64,000 bases of DNA. It comes from a virus (taxonomy: Duplodnaviria; Caudoviricetes). Positions 1 to 10,398 of the stretch are shown here, one piece after another. The stretch lies in IMG/VR virus record IMGVR_UViG_3300025870_000004, positions 1 through 64,000 of that record. One strand, written 5' to 3'. Below the pieces are notes generated by a model. The model saw only the letters and a list, made by a program, of their open reading frames with translations. It had not been told where the DNA came from and did no database searches. The first letter of the stretch is position 1. Each line of letters begins with the position of its first letter. Position numbers and translations under genes: made by a program.

Positions 1-3000
1 AGTTCCCGCAGCAAAGTTACCAGATGCGTCACGAGCAACAATCGCAGAACCCGTGTTCGCGTTTGTCGCAGTAGTCGCAGAGTTGTTAACCTTACCCGCA
101 GTCGAAATCGTTGCGAGTTTTGTATCAGCAATTGCGGCACTTGCGTTGATGTCAGCGTTAACAATTGAACCAGCCGTAATCGCAGCACTAAGTGTTACAT
201 TACTCGTTCCGTCAAATGATACGGCCGAAGCGGTGATGTCACCACTAATTGAGAAGTCCTGACCCGAATCAAGGGCATTGGTTGTGAGGGATTTACCTGT
301 TACATCACCAATCAGATTACCTTCAAAGGTTTCTGCAACCAGTGTTGCAAGACTGAATGAAGGGTCAGCAGCGTTAATAGTTCCTGTCGGTGTTGAGTCA
401 TACTCATCAAGGAGTTTCCATTTCTCGTCAGAGATATCAAAGTAGAAACCCATATGGGTATAACCGACACCTGATGTGCCTGTGTTTCTATTCGTGAAGA
501 AACCAGTATCAACATTTACAGGTGACGCAACACCTTCCCATCTATCACCTGAGTCGTGACCCGTGGTTGCACCGAACTCAACCGAAATATTATCAGTTGA
601 ATGAATTTCCTGTGCGTTACCAGTGATTACAACTTTTGTAAGTATAGGTGAGGCAAACGCACTATCATTTCCAAGTGCAACAGCAAAGGTATCAACACCA
701 CCCGCACCAGTTCCTACACCATCAATACGAACATAGTAGGTCTGTGCTGCTGTCCCTGTAAAGTGACCAGAGAAGAAGGCATCGTCAAGACCCGTTCCTG
801 CGAATGTCGTTCCTGCTTCACCAATCGCATCACCTTCATTGAGACGATAGAATGGCGCACCTTGTGTCACATTAGATTGACCCACAGTGGTCTGACTACC
901 CAGAATGGTAAGGTTACCATCCACCTGTAAGTTTGCACCAATATGTGCAGATTGTGTAACACGGAATGAGTTGACCGAGTGATTCTCTCGGTTGACCATC
1001 ATTATACCGTTGTCGGAATCACCAGATACAACAACCCAACCCATACACATCGGGAAGTTTGGATATGCTGGAGGTGTATTTGTTATACCACCCGCTGTTG
1101 CGGCAGATACAAAGAACTGTTGGTCAGCACTTAGACTTGCAGTATTAACGTTGGTTAATTGACCCTGTAGCAACAACATACCATAACTGTTGTTCGCAAT
1201 GTCGTGTGCTGCAAGACCCTGTGCGTTGTATGCAGAAGAACTAGATGCATCCGAAAGTGTGACAGTCGGAACATTTTGTGCGCCCGAGGTGTAGTTACCA
1301 CTGAAGTAAAGAGCTGAACCTTTCTTTATTACCGAACCACTGTTGTTGAACACTCTTTGATGTTCTTGTGTGCCCAGTTCAATGGGAAGTCCATTGATGT
1401 CATTATAATAGTTTAGATTCTTGCGTTCATTATCATAGAACAATAAACCTTCACTATATGGTTGATGATTAGAGAATGTTGTTGTATCAAACTGAACATT
1501 CAGAAGTGATGCGGAGTCTGCTACGAGTTGTGTCGTTTTCAGTTTATTCTCAACACGCAAGTCACCGAAGTGTTCGGTCGAACCATCAACAAGAATAACA
1601 CCGTTATTTGAGTCAGCGACAATAACGCGACCAATATGTTGTGGGAAACCAGTATCAACCGTTACAGTTGTTTCTGTTACGACGCCCGCAGAGTCAGGAG
1701 ACAAGAACAGAACATTACCTTCTGTCATACCACCTGTGTTGACATTACGAACCAGACCGTAACGAGTTACCCAACCATTCGCGTTATTTGGAATATCCAT
1801 AGTCGCAAGACCGAATGACTTACCTGTGGTAGAGGTGTTCGCTCTTGCTTTTGTGACAAGCGGGTGACCGTCAGTTTCAGTTCCAGAGATATATACTGCA
1901 TCACCGTTGCTGATTGCCGCACCAGTTTCGTTTTTCACATACAAGAACATTTCTTGACCGATGTTTAGATTTACATCTGGATTAGAATTTTGTGGTGTGC
2001 TAAGTCTAACCGATAAACCTTTGTCGCGGGCAGAGTCGAAATACAATGAACCCGCAGTCTGTGAGAATGCAGTGGTCTGTGGAATAAATCGAATGCCCTT
2101 TGATACCGCACTATCTTGAGTGACCTTACCAAACGTGACATCATTTGTCGTTCCGACTGCCTGACCAATACTGATTTGACCAGAAGCACTATCATATGTA
2201 ACACCTGTTCCAGATTGTAAAGCATTTCTTGAGAGTGTGACAAGATTTGCGGAGTCCACATTGAACTCACCAGTAGATGAGTTGTATACGAGACCTTTAT
2301 TTCCAGTCAGATGCGCTCTTACTTCAGATGCAGATGGGCCAGTGTATGTGAATACACCCGTTGAATTGTTATATGATAAAGAACCATCGTTGCCAGCATC
2401 TGTTACAGATATTAATGCTCTAACTCCAGCGGAATCAATCTCAGCTCTTGATATTGAGAACTCACCAGTTCCACTATTGTATATCAGGTCTCCGCCCGCA
2501 GAGAACATACCTTTAACATTAGCGGAGTCAATATTGAATTCACCATTTGTTACTGACAAACCTTTGTTTGCGGTCAGATGCGCTCTGACTTCAGATGGAG
2601 ATGGGCCAGTGTATGTGAATACACCAGTCGCACTATCGTATATGAGTGACCCATCACCACCCGCATCATTTACAAGCAATGATGCCTTTGCATCACTGTC
2701 TGCCCTCGCAGTGGTGTAATAGAGATTAGAACCTTCTGATAGGTCAGAGGTAGACTTGGCAGTAAACGCCGCATCAATGTCTGAGTCAACTCTTACTGTG
2801 GTGTAATAGAGGTTTGTTCCTTCAGATACGTCTGTGGTTGATTTCGTAACAAACGCTGCATCAATGTCTGAGTCAACTCTTACTGTGGTGTAATAGAGGT
2901 TTGTTCCTTCAGATACGTCTGTGGTTGATTTCGTAACGAGTCGAATATCAAAGTCACTATCTGCTCTTGCGGTAGTGTAGTAAAGATTAGAACCTTCTGA

Positions 3001-5676
3001 TAGGTCAGATGTAGACTTCGCAACAAACGCTGCATCAATATCTGAATCTACGCGAACTGTCGTGTAGTAAAGATTTGTTCCCTCTGCAACATTAGTTGTT
3101 GTTTTGGTAGCAAGTCTTACATCAAAGTCACTATCCGCTCTTGCAGTAGTGTAATAGAGGTTTGTTCCTTCAGGTAGTTGACCCGTATTTGCATCGCCGA
3201 GGTCACTGTCAAAGTTTGCCTTTGTGTATACACTCTCTACATCAAATGAGAACTGACCCGCAGCACTATCATATGACAGGTCACCCGATGCAGAGAACAA
3301 GTTACGAATTGTAGTTGTTGTCTGTGCATCCACATTATCAAAACGAATGTTCGTAATGGTCGCAGAGTCGAATGTTGCCTGACTTCCTGTCAGTTGAGTG
3401 TTCGCAAGGTTTGTAATCGTTGCACTATCAACTGTCGCATTTGTGATGGTCGCAGTGGTCGATTTTATAGTTGTAATATCAGCACTATCGATAGTCGCCT
3501 GTGAACCAGTGAACTGAGTGTTCGCAAGGTTTGTAATCGTCGCGCTATCAAATGATGCTGAGTCGGTATGAATAGATTGAGCAGTCAGAACATTGAAACT
3601 TGCACTATCAATTTGTGTCTGTAATCGTGTCGCAAAATCACTATCAAAGTTTGCTTGACTGTAGATTTGTTCAACATCAATCGAGAAACGACCTGTTGAA
3701 CTGTCGTATGTCATATCTCCGCCAGCACTAAAGTGTGCGCGAACCTCACTAGACGATGGCCCCGTGTATGTGAATACACCAGTCGCACTATCATAAGACA
3801 GTGAACCATCACCACCCGTATCGTTGACAAGGAGAGATGCCTTCGCATCAGAGTCAGCACGAGCAGTTGTGTAATAGAGGTTTGTGCCTTCCGCAACATC
3901 AGAAGTTGTTTTGGTTGCAAGTCTTACATCAAAGTCACTATCCGCTCTTGTGGTCGTATAGTAAAGATTTGTTCCCTCTACAAGATTACTCGTTGTATAT
4001 GGGTCGAGTGTAATCGTTGTGAGGAATGTTGCACCATCAGCAGTGCCGATGGAGAGATTGCCGTTTGCAGAGTCGAATGAGAATGAGGATACACCCGCAA
4101 CCGCGACTGAACCCGCACTGTCAAGTTGACCCTGTGCGTTTACTGTGAAGACAGGAATCTGAGATGCAGAACCATATGTCGCTGCGGTAACACCCGTGTT
4201 CGTTATAGAAATCGTATCTGTCGAACTATCGTAGGTGATACCCGTGCCACCGTCAAGGGCTGCACCTAAGTCACTGTCGAAATTAGATTTTGTATAGACT
4301 TGTTCTACATCAAAGGAGAACACACCTGTTGAACTATCATAGGACAAGTCACCAGCAGAGGAGAAGTATCCACGAATACTTCCGATAGATGTTGTATCAC
4401 CCAACGCACTATCAAAACGACCACGAGTATAATACAGGTTAGTCCCTTCAGTGATATCACTTGTCGTGTTGGTCAGTGTGGTGAACTTCAGTGTTCCAAT
4501 ATTGGCACTATCAAAGGTTGCCTGTGAACCAGTGAGTTGAGTGTTTGCCAGATTGGTGATAGTTGCAGAATCAATTCTCGCTTGATTTGAGTATAGTTTG
4601 TATACTTGTTGTTCACCTGTAGATGAGGAGTCAACCAGTCTGTGCCATGAACCACCATGTGCAAAGTATCCCCGACCCGTTGCGTGAACGTGTGCAAACA
4701 TACCATGATAGGTAGACGCACTTGGAAGGTCACCCTCTGTGTTGTATACGTTTCCAAAGAGAATCTTACCAGTTGTCTGGAATGTCTCTGAACCAATTGT
4801 CCAGTAGTCATTTGACTCGTCCCACAGAAGTGACTTGTTTGTATCATCACCACGTTCAATCTCGATACCCGCATCTTCACTGGCTGAACCAGTTGCGTTA
4901 GAGTTCAGAACAATGGTGTTGTCTGCAAGTTGGATTGTCTCTGTGTTGACAATCGTCTGTGTTCCCGATACAGTTAGGTTACCACCAATCGTAAGATTAG
5001 AACCAATCGTAGTAGACCCACCAACAGCGAGACCATTTGTGATTGTGGAACTATCTGCGGATGTTCCCCCAGTGAAAGTCTGCGTTCCAGATACAGTCAG
5101 ATTACCAGCGACATTCAGGTCACTGTGGAATGTTTCCGCAATATCTGTTCTCGCGACATCGGAGTCGTTGAAACTTAATATACCTTCCGAACTATCGAAT
5201 GATAGAATGTCACTGTTTGTTGTGGACAGTTTGATACTGACAGCAGTCTTACCACCATCACTATCAATAATGACAAAGTTACCGTTACTGTCTTTTAAGT
5301 CGAGTGTCCCCAGAGTGATTGTATTTCCTGAAAGGAACAGGTCTCTCCACTTATTGGTAGAACTGCCGAGGTCATATGCCTCGTTACTATCTGGTATAAT
5401 AGAGCCAGTAAATGTCGTGTTGGTAAAAGCAAAGGTATAATCGTTATTATCACTATCAAATGTGACAGTGACATTATCGTCACCTCTGAGATTGGTTACT
5501 TCGTAGTTACCAGTCGAGCTCTTGTATGCCAGAATTGAACCATCAGATTCATTTGCGGTTACATCCACACCACCCAGATTGGTAATGGCAAAAGCACCAG
5601 CGGTAACTCTCTTGACAGGAGTTCCTACTTTTAGTTTTTTGATTTTAATTGTAGGGTCTTGATAAATAATTTTCAT
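1..5676 (-). CDS. Long tail fibre / receptor-binding protein, 3'-partial (at least 1892 aa, runs off the left edge)
   Basis: Absent from the ORF track because there is no stop in the window. ATG at 5676 gives [20 protein letters not shown], and the same frame reads ...[20 protein letters not shown] at position 1. Typical fibre motifs: [62 protein letters not shown] repeats. Both ends are in frame; I did not translate every codon. Confidence 0.85.
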   Translation of the reverse strand, partial: MKIIYQDPTIKIKKLKVGTPVKRVTAGAFAITNLGGVDVTANESDGSILAYKSSTGNYEVTNLRGDDNVTVTFDSDNNDYTFAFTNTTFTGSIIPDSNEAYDLGSSTNKWRDLFLSGNTITLGTLDLKDSNGNFVIIDSDGGKTAVSIKLSTTNSDILSFDSSEGILSFNDSDVARTDIAETFHSDLNVAGNLTVSGTQTFTGGTSADSSTITNGLAVGGSTTIGSNLTIGGNLTVSGTQTIVNTETIQLADNTIVLNSNATGSASEDAGIEIERGDDTNKSLLWDESNDYWTIGSETFQTTGKILFGNVYNTEGDLPSASTYHGMFAHVHATGRGYFAHGGSWHRLVDSSSTGEQQVYKLYSNQARIDSATITNLANTQLTGSQATFDSANIGTLKFTTLTNTTSDITEGTNLYYTRGRFDSALGDTTSIGSIRGYFSSAGDLSYDSSTGVFSFDVEQVYTKSNFDSDLGAALDGGTGITYDSSTDTISITNTGVTAATYGSASQIPVFTVNAQGQLDSAGSVAVAGVSSFSFDSANGNLSIGTADGATFLTTITLDPYTTSNLVEGTNLYYTTTRADSDFDVRLATKTTSDVAEGTNLYYTTARADSDAKASLLVNDTGGDGSLSYDSATGVFTYTGPSSSEVRAHFSAGGDMTYDSSTGRFSIDVEQIYSQANFDSDFATRLQTQIDSASFNVLTAQSIHTDSASFDSATITNLANTQFTGSQATIDSADITTIKSTTATITNATVDSATITNLANTQLTGSQATFDSATITNIRFDNVDAQTTTTIRNLFSASGDLSYDSAAGQFSFDVESVYTKANFDSDLGDANTGQLPEGTNLYYTTARADSDFDVRLATKTTTNVAEGTNLYYTTVRVDSDIDAAFVAKSTSDLSEGSNLYYTTARADSDFDIRLVTKSTTDVSEGTNLYYTTVRVDSDIDAAFVTKSTTDVSEGTNLYYTTVRVDSDIDAAFTAKSTSDLSEGSNLYYTTARADSDAKASLLVNDAGGDGSLIYDSATGVFTYTGPSPSEVRAHLTANKGLSVTNGEFNIDSANVKGMFSAGGDLIYNSGTGEFSISRAEIDSAGVRALISVTDAGNDGSLSYNNSTGVFTYTGPSASEVRAHLTGNKGLVYNSSTGEFNVDSANLVTLSRNALQSGTGVTYDSASGQISIGQAVGTTNDVTFGKVTQDSAVSKGIRFIPQTTAFSQTAGSLYFDSARDKGLSVRLSTPQNSNPDVNLNIGQEMFLYVKNETGAAISNGDAVYISGTETDGHPLVTKARANTSTTGKSFGLATMDIPNNANGWVTRYGLVRNVNTGGMTEGNVLFLSPDSAGVVTETTVTVDTGFPQHIGRVIVADSNNGVILVDGSTEHFGDLRVENKLKTTQLVADSASLLNVQFDTTTFSNHQPYSEGLLFYDNERKNLNYYNDINGLPIELGTQEHQRVFNNSGSVIKKGSALYFSGNYTSGAQNVPTVTLSDASSSSAYNAQGLAAHDIANNSYGMLLLQGQLTNVNTASLSADQQFFVSAATAGGITNTPPAYPNFPMCMGWVVVSGDSDNGIMMVNRENHSVNSFRVTQSAHIGANLQVDGNLTILGSQTTVGQSNVTQGAPFYRLNEGDAIGEAGTTFAGTGLDDAFFSGHFTGTAAQTYYVRIDGVGTGAGGVDTFAVALGNDSAFASPILTKVVITGNAQEIHSTDNISVEFGATTGHDSGDRWEGVASPVNVDTGFFTNRNTGTSGVGYTHMGFYFDISDEKWKLLDEYDSTPTGTINAADPSFSLATLVAETFEGNLIGDVTGKSLTTNALDSGQDFSISGDITASAVSFDGTSNVTLSAAITAGSIVNADINASAAIADTKLATISTAGKVNNSATTATNANTGSAIVARDASGNFAAGT
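2690..3190 (-). repeat. 87-bp (29-aa) tandem coding repeat in the tail fibre, about 5-6 copies
   Basis: An identical ~80-nt block starts at 2771 and 2858 (period 87). Unit is approximately [29 protein letters not shown]. Dispersed copies lie near 3850-3990 and 4410-4470. Confidence 0.9.
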
Positions 5677-5682
5677 TTTTAT

Positions 5683-6048
5683 TTACTTTGTTACAGATGG
5701 TGAAACTTCGATTTGACCTTCAAGTATTCTCTCAATGATAGTATTTGAGTCACTATCAGTATAAGATAACTCAACATCATAAACATACCGACCTCTCGTT
5801 GTGAGTGTATCGGTTTGAGTGTTTGTTAGAGATAAGGTTACAACACCATCGGCAGATGGTGATGCAATAACAGAGGTGAACTCTAAGGTGTTTGGGTCAT
5901 TAGCCGAGTCAGCATATCTTCTTTTCATTTTTGCTGCGACTGACCTATTTGTCAAATCAAGCGCGCTGCCATTATCATGAACCAGTTCAATTTCGATGGC
6001 GACATCTGTTCCCTGATTAATGACAATATCTTCGTAATTGGTTGACAT
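5683..6048 (-). CDS. Small Ig-like virion/baseplate-associated protein (BppU N-terminal-like)
   Basis: INQGTD...DLTNRSVAAKMKRRY...GVVTLSLTNTQT...GRYVYDVEL...RILEGQIEVSPSVTK, a pattern common directly upstream of fibre genes in marine myophages. Late promoter upstream. Confidence 0.7.
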   Translation of the reverse strand: MSTNYEDIVINQGTDVAIEIELVHDNGSALDLTNRSVAAKMKRRYADSANDPNTLEFTSVIASPSADGVVTLSLTNTQTDTLTTRGRYVYDVELSYTDSDSNTIIERILEGQIEVSPSVTK

Positions 6049-6081
6049 GTTAAATACCCATATAAAAACAAATTCTGTTGT

Positions 6082-6089
6082 TATTTATA
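6082..6089 (-). promoter_or_regulatory. T4-type late promoter TATAAATA
   Basis: tatttata on the + strand, intergenic, 34 nt upstream of the 6048 start. Confidence 0.8.
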
Positions 6090-6110
6090 AGGATTTATTC
6101 GTCAACGAGA

Positions 6111-6785
6111 CTAGAAATTTAACATTATTTCTTCGATGATATCGTCCTGTATACCCAGTGACATGTCGGTTCGGTCAAACATATATGATACGGTGATGCG
6201 CCAACAGTCAGTTTCAGCGGCATGATAGACACGATTATACCACGGTTCACCATATGCACCGAAATATCCTGCCTTACAGTTCCAACCTTTCTCATCTTTC
6301 ATCACGACTTCTTCACCAGTATGGCCATCTACATATTTGAAACAACCATCTCCTGTCTCTGACCAAGAAAAAACGAGATTATATGCAGACGCATTTGCAT
6401 TGTTGTGCCATGAAATAAATCCGTTTGGTGGATACATCACGGTCAATGCATTGTTACGAGCAGACAATATATTACACAGATTATCGTTACATTCACCATA
6501 CTTCTGAAGGAGATTTACGGCATCTGGAGATTTGTGTTTATCGCCAAGGAAATCTATTCTGTCGTGTTTCAATGCATATGAATGTGTGTTATCAGGAAAT
6601 CCTTCGTGTCTTTCGTCCATCGCAATAATCTCGTCACGATATTCACTTCCTACAAAGTGTCTTCTGTCTAGTGCGCTTCCGTTTAGTCGTAATGTTTTAG
6701 AAACAAGCTCACGATTATCGTAATACCATAGAAACTTATTCAAGGCATCCATCACATCAGGATTTTTTATGGGGACATTCTTCAT
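6111..6785 (-). CDS. 2OG-Fe(II) oxygenase-like (double-stranded beta-helix) protein
   Basis: YPPNGFISWHNN...VYHAAETDCWRITVSY: His-x-Asn, a distal His and a terminal R-x-T, matching the prolyl-hydroxylase-like layout except that HxD is HxN. Confidence 0.6.
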   Translation of the reverse strand: MKNVPIKNPDVMDALNKFLWYYDNRELVSKTLRLNGSALDRRHFVGSEYRDEIIAMDERHEGFPDNTHSYALKHDRIDFLGDKHKSPDAVNLLQKYGECNDNLCNILSARNNALTVMYPPNGFISWHNNANASAYNLVFSWSETGDGCFKYVDGHTGEEVVMKDEKGWNCKAGYFGAYGEPWYNRVYHAAETDCWRITVSYMFDRTDMSLGIQDDIIEEIMLNF

Positions 6786-7528
6786 ACGATAAGTCTATCT
6801 TTTTTCAATGAACCAGAGTAATGTCTCAAGATTGGTGGTTTACCTTCTTTTGATACTAAGTTTTCATATTGATACTGAGTAAAATAGTTCCACCGAATAT
6901 CATCATCAAAGAAACCAATCTTCAGGTCTTTGTATTTATCTACCTTGTTGACCAACCACCAGAGTGTTGTCTGGTCGAAGTGTTTGAGGTCTTTTCTCCA
7001 TTGTTCATCATTGAACCCATCAGGCTTCCACATATTATTGAGTTGTCTGTTGAACAACTCAAACCAGTCTTCCATGAACTCACGAACTAGAGGATTGGAA
7101 CTGCGATACAGACATACACCACCGCAGAGAGTATACATCTCTCGTCTGCCTTGATAATCGAAATACCTGACCGCATAGAACTTCTCGCGTTCTTTGGTCA
7201 ACTCATGAAAGACCATATCATAATCTTTCATGTTATCCCACACGGTCATGATGTCTTCGTGTTCGCAATCCATGTCTGCGTCAACATACATTGTAATATC
7301 ATAAGGAGTTTGTGCCATACCCCAGAGTTTGGCACGATAGTGGTCATCACAATGTATAATCGTATCCGCAACATCCGCCCGTTCATCAATAAAACGTTCT
7401 TCTGTTACCAGAGTGATTTGCGCTTCGGGATAGAAGTCTTTGATTGATTCTGCTAGGTTGGTCGCGTAGATATAGAAGTTTGAATTTCTTGATGCGACAA
7501 TAACAAAACCTTTACTTGATGTGTTCAT
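6782..7528 (-). CDS. GT-A fold glycosyltransferase (GT8-like)
   Basis: TPYDITMYVDADMD (DxD), CGGVCLY, FDQTTLW and C-terminal ILRHYSG. Confidence 0.75.
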   Translation of the reverse strand: MNTSSKGFVIVASRNSNFYIYATNLAESIKDFYPEAQITLVTEERFIDERADVADTIIHCDDHYRAKLWGMAQTPYDITMYVDADMDCEHEDIMTVWDNMKDYDMVFHELTKEREKFYAVRYFDYQGRREMYTLCGGVCLYRSSNPLVREFMEDWFELFNRQLNNMWKPDGFNDEQWRKDLKHFDQTTLWWLVNKVDKYKDLKIGFFDDDIRWNYFTQYQYENLVSKEGKPPILRHYSGSLKKDRLIV

Positions 7529-7961
7529 CTTCTAACGATTCCTTCACAATCATCATAGCATATAGATTTACTTCGGGAATCGACTTGGAGCGTCTCAACT
7601 TAGATTTCAACAGACGATTCTTGGACGCTTTGATTTCAGGAATCTCGAATGTTTCAAGTTTATACTCAAACAACTTTTCAAGTTTCTTGGCTCGTTCATG
7701 CTCAAGTTTCTTTTGTTTGTCAAGTTCGGCTTCTGCCTGTTTTTTTTCAAGACGTTTCTTAGTTGAAGCTTCGATTGATTCGTCACCAAGAAATTCAATG
7801 ACCTCATTGAACATTTCGTTTGGTGTTCCATCGTCATTCAATTTATACAGTTTGTGAACTTGACGGATTTGTTTGTTATCCACCTGTTCTTCACTAATCG
7901 CATTGAGGATTTCCTTTTTAGGTGTTTCCCAAAATGCATTATCTAACCATGTTCTTGCCAC
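7512..7961 (-). CDS. Hypothetical charged helical protein (possible fibre chaperone)
   Basis: 149-aa ORF with RBS (GGAG) and GTG start, K/E-rich coiled coil; overlaps the GT gene. Confidence 0.6.
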   Translation of the reverse strand: MARTWLDNAFWETPKKEILNAISEEQVDNKQIRQVHKLYKLNDDGTPNEMFNEVIEFLGDESIEASTKKRLEKKQAEAELDKQKKLEHERAKKLEKLFEYKLETFEIPEIKASKNRLLKSKLRRSKSIPEVNLYAMMIVKESLEDEHIK

Positions 7962-8002
7962 TTTATTACTCCTGTAAATGGTTTAGTTTATATATAATCG
8001 TT

Positions 8003-10387
8003 TTATGCAGTTCTTACATACAAGGTGTAAGTCTCAATCGTTGATGTTCCAGACCCAATCGTTGTCCCAACATAGTTACCCACGAAGTTACCCGCAAAGT
8101 TTCTTCCGTAATTTGATGTTCGTGTTCTAACATAAGCTCTTGCGTAGTTCCCCTCAAAGTTGCCAGTAAAGTCAGAAGTATATTGACTCGCTCGTGTTCT
8201 AGCATAAGCTCTTGAGAAGTTACCAGCAAAGTTGCCAGCAAAGTCACCAGTATATTGACTTGTCCGTGTTCTAGCATAAGCTCTCGAATAGTTACCCGTA
8301 TAGTTACCAGCAAAGTCACCAGTATATTGACTTACTCGTGTTCTTTGATAAGCTCTTGAGAAGTTCCCCGCATAGTTACCAGTAAAGTCTCCAGTATATT
8401 GACTTGTTCGTGTTCTAGCATAAACTCTTGCGTAGTTCCCCTCATAGTTACCAGCAAAGTCTCCAGTATATTGGCTTGTTCGTGTTCTTTCATAAGCTCT
8501 TGCGTAGTTCCCCTCAAAGTTGCCACCAAAGTCACCAGTATATTGGCTTGTTCGTGTTCTTTCATAAGCTCTTGCGTAGTTCCCCTCATAGTTACCAGCA
8601 AAGTCGCCTACATAATTACCAAGATAATCTGTTGCCCGAGTTCTTGTAAAGTTTCTCGAATAGTCACCCGTGAAGTCACCCGCAAAGTTACCCGCAAAGT
8701 CACCAACAAAGTTACCTTGAAAATTTCTTGTCCAGTTTCTCGTAAATGGAAATCCCTGTAGACTTACTCTAGTGTAATTAACTTGTCTATTTCTAGTAAA
8801 AAGGTATATGCCATAGTTACCAACAAAGTCGCCAGTAAAGTCACCTAAATACCCCGTAAACCTCAAATAGTCACCCGTGAAGTTACCAAGATAATCTGTT
8901 GCCCGAGTTCTAGTTGAAGTTCTCGTTGAGTCTCTCGTTGAATTTCGTGTATATGTTCTTGAGTAGTCGCCAGCAAAGTTGCCTACATAATTACCACCAT
9001 AATCTGTTGCACGAGTTCTAGTTGAGGTTCTTGTAAAGTTTCTCGAATAGTTACCAGTAAAGTTTCTTGAAAAGTTGTTGGTGCTGTTTCGTGTCGAGGT
9101 TCTTGTAAAGTTTCTCGAATAGTTACCAGTAAAGTCTCTTGCAAAGTTGTTGGTGCTGTTTCGTGTCGAGGTTGTTGTAGATGTTACTCTAGAATAGTCA
9201 CCCTGAAAATTTCTTCCGAAGTTGTTGGTGCTGTTTCGTGTCGAGTCTCTTGTAGATGTTACTCTAGTATAGTTACCCGCAAAGTTTCTTGCAAAGTTGT
9301 TGGTGCTGTTTCGTGTCGAGTCTCTTTCAAAGTTTCTTGAATAGTTACCCGCAAAGTTTCTTGAGAAGTCGTTGGTGCTATTTCGCGTTGAGGTTCTTCC
9401 AAAGTTTCTTGAATAGTTACCCGCAAAGTTTCTTGTATAATTAGCTGTAAATGTATTAGTGCTAGTAGATAAAAAGTTTCTTGAATAGTTACCCTCAAAG
9501 TTTCTTGAATAGTTACCCTCAAAGTTTCTTGATGATGTGCGAGTGTAATCTACATCACTTACATTATTGCGCGTATCTGTTGCTGTGCCTCGTGCAGCCC
9601 ATGTTCCTGTGTCTGTTGGCGCACCTTGAGCAGACGAGCGAAGTTGATATGTTCCAACTTTAGTTGTCATAATACGATTCGGGGCGCCTTTGCCAGCCTC
9701 GTCTTTAAAATCGCCAAAGGTATATTTAATCTCAGCATCGGTCATCTCTTGAAGACCTTGAAATGCGCCTAGCTTCCCCGCCGACCTTTTTATATGCACT
9801 GGTCTAACAGTAGTAGGAGCAGACATGGTTTGTCTTCGGTAGAGATTGTATGCTATTGAAGTTCCATCAGTCCTTGTGTCACTGAACACATTTGAAACGT
9901 GTGTGACATAGTCACCAAATGCGACGCCTGTGCCCAATCGAAATGTGCCTGGATATTCAGATGTCATGACACGGGATACAAGTCTATCCGTTAACGTTAT
10001 CATCTCACTATCGCTAAACTCATGAATCTCTGGTTCACCTGAGTTATCGACAAACTCGACGGTTGGTCGGTAATCATCGTAAAAATTGACAGGGGCGCCA
10101 AACGGTGATCCATTTTGTTGGTATAATGTTGTAGTGGTTGTTGTGACTGTAAGTGAACCGTGGTCACCTACATTCTGGTCATAGACTGTATCTGAGAATG
10201 AACCAACAGTTGTGCCGCCAAAGAAAGGGGCGGCGCTGGTTGCTAAATTGCTCGTGGCGTCGCTGTATGCAGCGTATAATTCATTGAGTCGCAATCCCAA
10301 CTGATAAGCGGAATAGTTCTCATCGGTGGATGACATCTCTTTGAGGTCGCCGTTTGTCCCGTCAAGTCTTAGTGGTGTAGTTCCCAT
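8003..10387 (-). CDS. Virion filament-like protein with N/D-F/Y-x-G/R repeats (794 aa)
   Basis: N-terminal ~280-aa domain and C-terminus (IETYTLYVRTA) shared with 10399-14817, plus ~490 aa of 24-aa repeats. Located in the fibre module. Confidence 0.8.
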   Translation of the reverse strand: MGTTPLRLDGTNGDLKEMSSTDENYSAYQLGLRLNELYAAYSDATSNLATSAAPFFGGTTVGSFSDTVYDQNVGDHGSLTVTTTTTTLYQQNGSPFGAPVNFYDDYRPTVEFVDNSGEPEIHEFSDSEMITLTDRLVSRVMTSEYPGTFRLGTGVAFGDYVTHVSNVFSDTRTDGTSIAYNLYRRQTMSAPTTVRPVHIKRSAGKLGAFQGLQEMTDAEIKYTFGDFKDEAGKGAPNRIMTTKVGTYQLRSSAQGAPTDTGTWAARGTATDTRNNVSDVDYTRTSSRNFEGNYSRNFEGNYSRNFLSTSTNTFTANYTRNFAGNYSRNFGRTSTRNSTNDFSRNFAGNYSRNFERDSTRNSTNNFARNFAGNYTRVTSTRDSTRNSTNNFGRNFQGDYSRVTSTTTSTRNSTNNFARDFTGNYSRNFTRTSTRNSTNNFSRNFTGNYSRNFTRTSTRTRATDYGGNYVGNFAGDYSRTYTRNSTRDSTRTSTRTRATDYLGNFTGDYLRFTGYLGDFTGDFVGNYGIYLFTRNRQVNYTRVSLQGFPFTRNWTRNFQGNFVGDFAGNFAGDFTGDYSRNFTRTRATDYLGNYVGDFAGNYEGNYARAYERTRTSQYTGDFGGNFEGNYARAYERTRTSQYTGDFAGNYEGNYARVYARTRTSQYTGDFTGNYAGNFSRAYQRTRVSQYTGDFAGNYTGNYSRAYARTRTSQYTGDFAGNFAGNFSRAYARTRASQYTSDFTGNFEGNYARAYVRTRTSNYGRNFAGNFVGNYVGTTIGSGTSTIETYTLYVRTA
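8060..9550 (-). repeat. Two 72-bp (24-aa) coding tandem arrays
   Basis: Array A (about 9020-9550) unit RTSTRNSTNNFSRNFAGNYSRNFx. Array B (about 8060-8645) unit RTRTSQYTGDFAGNYEGNYARAYx. Confidence 0.9.
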
Positions 10388-10398
10388 AGTAACCCTAT

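Noticed and set aside
7985-7998. TATATATA upstream of the 149-aa gene as a late promoter
   Set aside because: One mismatch from consensus in AT-rich DNA; plausible but not supportable as a feature.
8060-9550. Regular 72-bp repeats as a possible CRISPR array
   Set aside because: There is no constant-repeat/unique-spacer structure. The period is a multiple of 3, variation is largely codon-wise within an open frame, and no cas genes are present.
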